The notes beneath the pieces were generated by a model, which saw nothing but the letters and a program-made list of their open reading frames with translations, was not told the DNA's origin and searched no databases. A stretch of 63,944 bases of DNA, the filler included, from Octopus bimaculoides (taxonomy: Eukaryota): the NCBI RefSeq assembly GCF_001194135.2. It is 5 parts of 5 records of this genome, joined end to end, with 100 filler letters (N's around TTAATTAATTAA, not from the genome) between each part and the next. Parts side by side here need not be neighbours in the genome. Positions count along the whole stretch, not along the records: positions 29,286 to 40,514 come from NC_068986.1; positions 40,615 to 60,543 come from NC_068990.1; positions 60,644 to 62,678 come from NW_026348892.1; positions 62,779 to 63,944 come from NC_068995.1; 1 more part is not named here. One strand, written 5' to 3'. This document shows positions 37,148 to 63,944 of the stretch, one piece after another (position 1 is the first letter of the stretch; every line of letters starts with the position of its first letter). The translations under genes were made by a program, and so were the position numbers.

Positions 37148-38400
37148 NNNNNNNNNNNNNNNNNNNNNNNNNNNNNNNNNNNNNNNNNNNNNNNNNNNNN
37201 NNNNNNNNNNNNNNNNNNNNNNNNNNNNNNNNNNNNNNNNNNNNNNNNNNNNNNNNNNNNNNNNNNNNNNNNNNNNNNNNNNNNNNNNNNNNNNNNNNNN
37301 NNNNNNNNNNNNNNNNNNNNNNNNNNNNNNNNNNNNNNNNNNNNNNNNNNNNNNNNNNNNNNNNNNNNNNNNNNNNNNNNNNNNNNNNNNNNNNNNNNNN
37401 NNNNNNNNNNNNNNNNNNNNNNNNNNNATATATATATAAATAGTGAGTGAGAGAGAGAGAGTGCGCGCGTGTGTGTGTGTGTGTGTGTTTGTGTGTGTAT
37501 GTTTGTGTGTGTGTGTGTTTGGTGAAAAGATATTTCCATTTATTTATATCGGAACGTTTGACAGCGATGTCGCTTGGAGTGGCTTCCCAAGGGGAAAACT
37601 CTTCCATCAACGATTCTAAGAAAAAAAAAAGTAAAATTCCTAACTTAAGTAACACACTATAACGATGTCTCATTTGGAAGCAGGAATCACGTGACAATGT
37701 AAGCAGAAAAGATTGGTTAATATTATGACACTAGTTTATGCATAAACGCGAAGGTGCGTACTTACATATTAATGCACCTCGATTCAATCTTGCTGAATTC
37801 TAGATGTCAAAATAAAAAATAAAATTCGCATATGATATTCTCTATTCTATTTCTTATTTTTAACGGAAAGATGTTTGCATTTTATGTCAAAGACCAGAGC
37901 TGAATGATATCTCGGAATGAAATGAAAAAAAGATGGAAGCTGATAAAAGCTTTGATAACTTTTTTGAATGAAGCTTTAATATAACGATGAAGGTATGTTA
38001 CTTGCGTGTGGTTATTGTGTATGATACAGCATGTGTGCATATATGTAAATGTGCATGTAAACATGCATGCATGTGTGTATGCAGTTATATAAGCATCACC
38101 ATATGTATTATATATATGTATGAATGTATGCATATGTTTATGCAGGCATTTATGTAGGAGTATGCTTAAGTATTATTGTACATCTACGTGTTTATGCGCA
38201 TATGCATGGTATATGTACAAATGCATGTATATTTCTTTATATATATGTTAGTATGAACGTTTGGAGGTGTGTGTATTAATGCGTACGTTGCATGTTTAAG
38301 AACATTCGAACAGAATGCAAGTCATTCAGTATATACAGTGACAAGACTTTCTGATTTGAATCAAGGATAGTTCCAATCATTTCAGTAAATGTGTGACTAA

Positions 38401-38433
<33 letters not shown>

Positions 38434-39029
38434 TGTATTTTATGTATGTATGTATGCATGCATGCATGCATGCATGAATGAATGAACGTGTGTGTGTGTG
38501 TGTGTGTGTCTTCTTTTTAATGTTTTGAAGTCATTCTATAAAGAAAGAATCTAGATAAAACAGCAGTAAAGATTTACATGTTTAATGTTAAAGAAGTCTT
38601 AGATGCTTTCACCGATCCAATTAAGGATTGAATTCGCATAGTGCGTGTTAGTTGATGTCTTCCTTTGTTGAAAATTCAGCTTTTTGTGTCATTATTCCTT
38701 ACCATTTAATAACAAAACCAAGTGTACAAATGTTTATGAATGGAAATGTGAATATATAACCTGACTAGAGACACGGTGGATTTTGATGTAGCTATCCATA
38801 AAGGTTCACAATACGTTAAGCAGTACAAGTTTTGGATCTCTGTGTCAAGCCTGTTGAATTTAAATTTGGCAGAAATTTGATCTGAATTCTCCCCGAATGG
38901 TTCTTGCGTTGGAATCTATAAATGTACTGAGTATCAAATATATTTGTTCGAAGGCTGTCTTTCTAAAGGAAGTATTACGTATTATTTCAGAAACGACATC
39001 ATGAAGTACAGGAATGTAAAATTCGATGA

Positions 39030-39185
39030 CGTCCTTTGCGGCATTTCGTCCGTCTTTACGCTCTGAGTAAAAATTCCGCTGAAGTCTACCTTACCTCTTA
39101 TCCTTTCAGGGTTTTAGTACTGGAGTCGATGCAATTGACTTACCCTCGTAAGTTATTGGCCTTGTGCCAAAATTTGAAACCAGTA
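39030..39185 (+). mobile_element. SINE family C, headless
   Basis: gcggcatttcgtccgtctttacgctctgag..atcctttcaggg..ggccttgtgcc. Confidence 0.72.
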
Positions 39186-40514
39186 TTTGATGATAACTTC
39201 CACTTATTAGTAATATAATTTTCTCTCTCAGCCTGGGAATTTAGAGCTTATATTTTGTAACTATCTCCTGCTATTAAATTTCAAAAGAACGACTTTCAAA
39301 ATAGCGACGAAAGATACACGTTTCCCGTCCATATTCGCCTTACTGTCAAATTTAGGGGAAACATAGCTATACATAATATTTTGTTGACATTCAGAACATC
39401 TAGATCTTTGTTAAGATAGCTACATGCAGCGATTCTATAACAGCTTGGAAAATATCAAGAACTGCATCTTTGGTATAACGTCTAGTTCCGATTCATACTA
39501 TGTTTCCCCTCTTTGAAGTACTTGCTTGATTTATATTTTCTGCTGCAATTTGTCAGATGATTTCTGAGTGATACTACACGACGTCATAAATATTTCTAGT
39601 CTCATCTTTTCTTCTGAGATAGAATTCGTTGGTGTCACTATATGTCTGTAGATGCTCCCAGATGTTGTGAAAACCTTACCGGTCTTTAATATATACAGAT
39701 GGGGTTTGTTGAACAATGCATTCAAGTAAACCAAATGTAAAGTGTAGTAAATATTAAAAACAACATAAGAACAACAATGTTTGACAAATAAAGTATTTAC
39801 TTAACGCTTTAATGGAAATAGGAAGTATCTTAATGTTTCAGACATTAGTCTTTCATTAGAAAATGAAAGAAAGTATCATGGAGGAAAAGAGAAATAATCA
39901 GTGGAAAAGAAATGAATCAAAGGCTAAAAGCATGATTAAAATGTCGTTCTGTGAGGACGGGGTGATTAAGAATGGATAAAAGTGTGTGTATGGGGGTATA
40001 TAGATGCAAATATAAGAATGCATCTGTGCCTGAAAGTGGGCATAAGGTAAAGTGGTGTAGCTGTGTAGTATAAATGGTTAGTAAGGCTATGAGGTGTTCA
40101 TGCATGTGTATTTGCGTAATTGTTAGATGAGTGATGTATGTTTAGAGGTAAGGACAAGTGCGAGTGTCAGGAAATAATGGTAATAATAAAGCACATTAGA
40201 TGGCGAAAGCAACCTATGTATTTATTTCGTTCGTTATTTACCACCAATATGTAAGCATTCGCTCTGATGAAATCCTGTCATATTGTAGGTTTCTTTTACA
40301 TCAAACATGGTTCCAATCCTGATGATTCGAAGCAATGTTCGCCTAGGGGCCGGATTGAAACATGTGTAGGTATCTTTTATACTTATTTCTTATGTTGATT
40401 CTGTTCCTTTGAATCTCCTTTGCATTACATTATTTGATACGTTTTCATAGCGATACAAATAAAATTAAATAAGTAGTCACTATATTTCTTCTCCTCTCTC
40501 CCCCTCTCCCTCCC

Positions 40515-40614
40515 NNNNNNNNNNNNNNNNNNNNNNNNNNNNNNNNNNNNNNNNNNNNTTAATTAATTAANNNNNNNNNNNNNNNNNNNNNNNNNNNNNN
40601 NNNNNNNNNNNNNN
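40515..40614. other. Assembly join: 44 N + TTAATTAATTAA + 44 N
   Basis: As at 29186. Confidence 0.9.
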
Positions 40615-40864
40615 TTCTTGCTTTGGGTAGAATACAAGAACCCAGCCGGTTAATTACTGAAACCATAACTGGTCATTATATTGCTTTCCATCATTTTCAT
40701 AATTTCTTACATTGGTACAAAGCCAAACATTTCGTGGTGCAGGAACTGACGATTAAATTATTTCCAGTACTTCACAGGTACTTCACTCTATGATCCCCAG
40801 GTTTTGAACTCAGATAATAAAACCCGGAACAAATAAAACCTCACCATATTTATTAAGAGAATAT

Positions 40865-41225
40865 TCGATTAAATCGACCCCAGTATGTCACTGGTACTTT
40901 ATTCACCAACCCCGAAGGATAGAATGCAAAGTTGACCTGGGTAACATCTGAACTGCAATAAATACCATTAGGCTCCTTTTTTTTCCATTTCGCTCTAACG
41001 ATTCTGCCAATCCACTATCTTCCGAATATATTGGTTTTAGCTTTTGGCACAAAGCCTAAAAACTGAAGGCAGGAATAAGTATATAGACCCAGTATTCAAT
41101 TGGTTCTTATTTTATCGACTCCTAGAGGATGAAAGGCAAAGTTGACCATGGCGTAATTTGAACTCAGAACATAAGGACGGACGAAATGCCACGAAGCATT
41201 TTGTCCGGCGCGGTAATGATTCTGC
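40865..41225 (-). mobile_element. Two adjacent degenerate SINE family C copies
   Basis: Both contain ctggtactt..cgacccc..aggat..aaagttgacc. Confidence 0.7.
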
Positions 41226-41525
41226 ATAAATATCCTTCCCGAGTCATATAGACTCACCACACCGGTTTTTCCGGTGCATATATTTTCTAACAGGACGGGT
41301 CGCAGGCCCGTTGCTGGATTACGCATTTTTCCTAGCCTAGTGGACAAGAGCAATGTGAAATCAAGAGTTTTTTTCTTTAAAAACATAATGAATCGCCTGG
41401 TCCATGAATGGAATCCACAATATTACCATCATGAATCCAGCACCCTAACCACTAAGTCTCCGTCTCCACAACTTCCGCATATATCAAGATGCTATTCAAT
41501 TTGTTTTGTTCTTTAATCATCTTAC

Positions 41526-60194
<18,669 letters not shown>

Positions 60195-60254
60195 CTAAAA
60201 CAAAACGCAAAATATATTCAGTGAGTTCATATTGGTTTCAAATTTGGGACATAA

Positions 60255-60447
60255 GGACAGCAATCTGGGAGAAGGGGATAGGTCGATTACATCGATACCA
60301 GTGCTCAAATAGCACTTATTTTATCAACTCCGAAATGGTGAAGGGCAAACTCAACCGCAATAGAATTTGAACTCAAAAAATGAAGACGGACGAAATACTG
60401 TTAAGCAATTTCCCTAACTTGCTAACGATTCTGCCAGTTTGCCGCCT
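60255..60447 (-). mobile_element. SINE family C
   Basis: Reverse complement of the family C consensus, ending gccagtttgccgcc. Confidence 0.75.
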
Positions 60448-60492
60448 TAATGAGTTCATATCAAAGGAAAAAATATTATATACATGCATGCA

Positions 60493-60543
<51 letters not shown>

Positions 60544-60643
60544 NNNNNNNNNNNNNNNNNNNNNNNNNNNNNNNNNNNNNNNNNNNNTTAATTAATTAAN
60601 NNNNNNNNNNNNNNNNNNNNNNNNNNNNNNNNNNNNNNNNNNN
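60544..60643. other. Assembly join: N + TTAATTAATTAA + N
   Basis: As at 29186. Confidence 0.9.
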
Positions 60644-61667
60644 AAGTGTGACATTTTGCATAAAAGGAAAGCTCGGTATTCCATCCAAAAATAAAAGTAT
60701 TTTAAAAAGATATCAACTACATTATGGCAAGGAGATAACATTTTACTCAAAGTGGCCACCCTTAGCTTCCATCACGACCTCAAGACAGCTCCTGGCGCAT
60801 GTGTCCCTCACTGTGCCTCAGAGTAAATCTTCGAACATTTCCTTGATCTTGAGCACCACTTCGCCCTTGGTGTATGTTATGTCTCAAGCTACTGCTATCT
60901 AGCACCTTCGGATGATCTCTAGTCAACCGCTACACAACTGTCACTCGACTGCTGCTCAACACACCTACCACGGCCAGACTACCTCTATTTATATGTCTTG
61001 AAGATTCCTACTTCTTCGCCTGAAGGCGTCGACACAACAGTGTAGCAAGCAGAGCGTTTGGTATCTTTCTTAACCGCGCCCCACATATAGCTAATCAATG
61101 GAATCACAATCGGGTGAATTAAGAGGCTAGACATTGGGGTTGGTGAACTCGTAGAAATTCTCCGACAACCGCTTCTGGTGGCAAAAAACCGAATCTTGCT
61201 GCCACACATATGGCCTTCCATCAGCAACTTTCTTCAGATAAGGTTTGACCACAGCTTCCAGCAGCTTCACGTAGCCGTCTGCATTGAGCCTAAGGCTCCG
61301 TTCAAAGTTGTAGAGATGAATTCCGGCGTGCGGATGCAGTCAAAACCCCTGTCGTGTCCCTTACTGATAGTCACAGTTTCGTAACTGCAGCTCCCCATGT
61401 TACATCTTACAGCCTTTACAGTGTTCCCAGAGCGTTTATCAGCAGTCAAGATGTCGGCATTTTGACACTCAGCACGAATCGTCATAATAAAAGTAACTCT
61501 CCGAATAGTCAGATGGTTTCTAGTCCTCGATGTCAGCAAACGTTTTCTCAACAACAACTTTAATCTTTTATGCTCTCCAACGCCGTTGATTGTTCACCAT
61601 TGCATCAAGCTGCTCTTAAATAAAAAGAACATTAAAAAATAGTCAAATTTAGCCCGGACACCTTGTA
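60644..61667 (-). mobile_element. Tc1/mariner-superfamily relic, DDD (maT-like) type, with 5' terminal inverted repeat
   Basis: KVADGRPYVWQQDS and NV*PLNSPDCDSID resemble WQQD and WPPNSPDLNPLDY; TA-CAAGGTGTCCGGGCTAAATTTGAC at 61667-61643; the other end runs into the gap. Confidence 0.8.
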
Positions 61668-62544
61668 CACACACACATACACACGCACACGCACGTACTC
61701 TCACACATACACACAGAGAAGTGAAATAGAAAATAAGTCAAGAATTCTCCTGCAGTTGACTTGATTTAAATAGTACAACTTTGAATACTTTAAAAAGTGA
61801 GAACAACACTGCCATTTAAAACCACACGATTTCACTACAAGACACGATGTGATAGTCGAGGCACTCCCAGCAGCAACATGTCAAGGCACAATACCTGTTT
61901 TAACAGAAATGCATAGGTGACAGGGGTAAATTACTGTGCAATACACTTTTATTTGTATTTCTCAATCATAAACCACACCCAAAATAAAACCACTTTGGCA
62001 TGAAATATTTTGCATATTTTCCCTTTATTAAAAGTTGCTCTTCATTCTGAAGATTACAAGCAAAACATATTTCTATTTATATTCACAAATCTATACATAT
62101 ATGTGCATTTATAGATGTAACACAGGCGTCTTAGAAATTTTTTTAATGCTCTATTTTCCTAAAAGTATATACAATAAAAATTTCTGTACTTTTTTATATA
62201 ATAATATATGCCCATATATGGAACATGATTTTTTTCTAAGTTCTTTTTCAATGGAAATCTTGAAGGTCCAAATGGGGAGTATGAAAGCGTGCTTTAAATT
62301 CCTAAACAATACTCACCTTGGGTCAGGTATACACGAATCAGTGTCTCACACAGGCTCAGCTTAAAACTAATATGATCGTACTCTACCTAACAGAATTGAG
62401 TAATTTTCTCAGCTTAATTACAGTTCACACCAGTGTAATGCAGCAATTTCTTTTACACGCATGCATCACGCACGCACACGCAGCACACACACGCACGCAC
62501 ACACATACACACATATGCACATTCCTACTATTCCTATAAACACG

Positions 62545-62678
<134 letters not shown>

Positions 62679-62778
62679 NNNNNNNNNNNNNNNNNNNNNN
62701 NNNNNNNNNNNNNNNNNNNNNNTTAATTAATTAANNNNNNNNNNNNNNNNNNNNNNNNNNNNNNNNNNNNNNNNNNNN
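62679..62778. other. Assembly join: N + TTAATTAATTAA + N
   Basis: As at 29186. Confidence 0.9.
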
Positions 62779-62828
<50 letters not shown>

Positions 62829-63203
62829 TAGCTTAAATATATATTTATCTACATATGTATGTATTTATTAACTTTCACGAAGAAAAGGCTGATAATAACT
62901 TCGAAGTTTCGTTTTAACATTCCTTCACCAGCCTGTTAAGTCATAAATTCATAAGGCCGGTTCCTCGTATTCTGTGGCGTTCATATTTTTCGCTCCCGGA
63001 CCGGACCATCAGAACAACACCCTAACCATTACGCCACGGGCCTCTACGATTAATATCTATTTATCTACACACATACACACTCACGCACGCACACACACAC
63101 ACNNNNNNNNNNNNNNNNNNNNNNNNNNNNNNNNNNNNNNNNNNNNNNNNNNNNNNNNNNNNNNNNNNNNNNNNNNNNNNNNNNNNNNNNNNNNNNNNNN
63201 NNA

Positions 63204-63290
63204 GAAGACACTTGTCCAAGGTGCCATGCAGTGGGACTGAACCCGGAACCATTTGGCTGGGACCCAAGCTTTTTACCACACGTCTGCACC
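63204..63290 (-). mobile_element. SINE family A head
   Basis: Reverse complement gives aggtgcagacgtgtggtaaaaagc..gggttcagtcccactgc. Confidence 0.78.
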
Positions 63291-63599
63291 TATATATATA
63301 TATGTATCATAACATATAATTGCCAACCAAGTGTGGCGTCCTATACGGGACAGTGCTACTGACGTCTATAGCCCCAGGAAGACATCTCTTCCAGCTGGCT
63401 AGCGACACAGATACTGTGTCCGATTAGTATTTGCGAGGGGAGGTCATCGCTCATACCCCTAGCATTACGTGATACACATGGACTCGAGGTTCTGGGTGGT
63501 TACCCGTCCTCAACGCGTGTTAATCACCAGCTAGTGATGAAAACTCACCCCACTCGCAACATACTATATGCTTTTTCTAGCGACGAACTGTCGATGATC

Positions 63600-63870
63600 T
63601 CGTTACATACAGACACATATACATATATTTATTTATCCCCTTCTTTCGACCCCTCCTGTCAAACCTTTTTTTCCAACCAGTCGCCATGCTTGACCGCTAA
63701 ATCTACAAGATTTTTTATTCCTTCTCTCTGTTTATTTTCTCGTATTCCCTCCAGTTGAAGAATGTAGGCTCGAAACGTAAAAGGCTTTCTCATTTTCTCG
63801 AACGTTAAACTAATACACCTGCTTGTTCATACACCTGTCTTCGTCTTATGTTTTTCTATAGATTTCGACT
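63600..63870 (+). mobile_element. Possible Penelope-like element terminal-repeat relic with a degenerate hammerhead motif
   Basis: TTGAAGA-atgtaggctc-GAAACGTA at 63754-63778 has the spacing of minimal type I hammerheads. Confidence 0.4.
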
Positions 63871-63907
63871 ATATACATATGTATGTATATAGAGATAGAT
63901 AGATATA

Positions 63908-63944
<37 letters not shown>

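Noticed and set aside
35600-40100. Additional host exons among short ORFs (35662, 39531, 39917)
   Set aside because: No recognisable domains or paired splice sites; partly explained by decayed RTE sequence.

Overview
This is AT-rich, microsatellite-saturated animal genomic DNA with many N gaps. It is not prokaryotic: there are no operons, CRISPR arrays, rRNA genes or true tRNA genes. The repeat content resembles an octopus (cephalopod) draft assembly; that assignment is an inference. The one supported host gene is on the minus strand: five phase-1/phase-1 exons (59976-60194, 56845-57102, 55465-55959, 43235-43495, 41526-41615) that splice into 441 codons of interrupted Gly-X-Y collagen. A CxxC-DI..GY interruption points to a type IV alpha1-like chain. 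Neither terminus is visible, and no further collagen exon is seen in 1-41525. The rest is mobile DNA: many truncated RT/restriction-like-endonuclease (R4/Dong-type) LINE fragments in (AAT)n tracts, including an ~11 kb stack filling one collagen intron; a second RLE lineage in (TACA)n; two fixed-length non-coding companion elements of those microsatellites; three tRNA-headed SINE families; and RTE, Tc1, maT-like and Helitron relics. Unexplained structure includes two ~175-185 bp inverted duplications, a mirror-ordered SINE cluster, degenerate Penelope-type hammerhead motifs and a hairpin-dense 200 bp segment. Exon coordinates were read base by base; repeat boundaries are approximate (about +/-10-20 nt).
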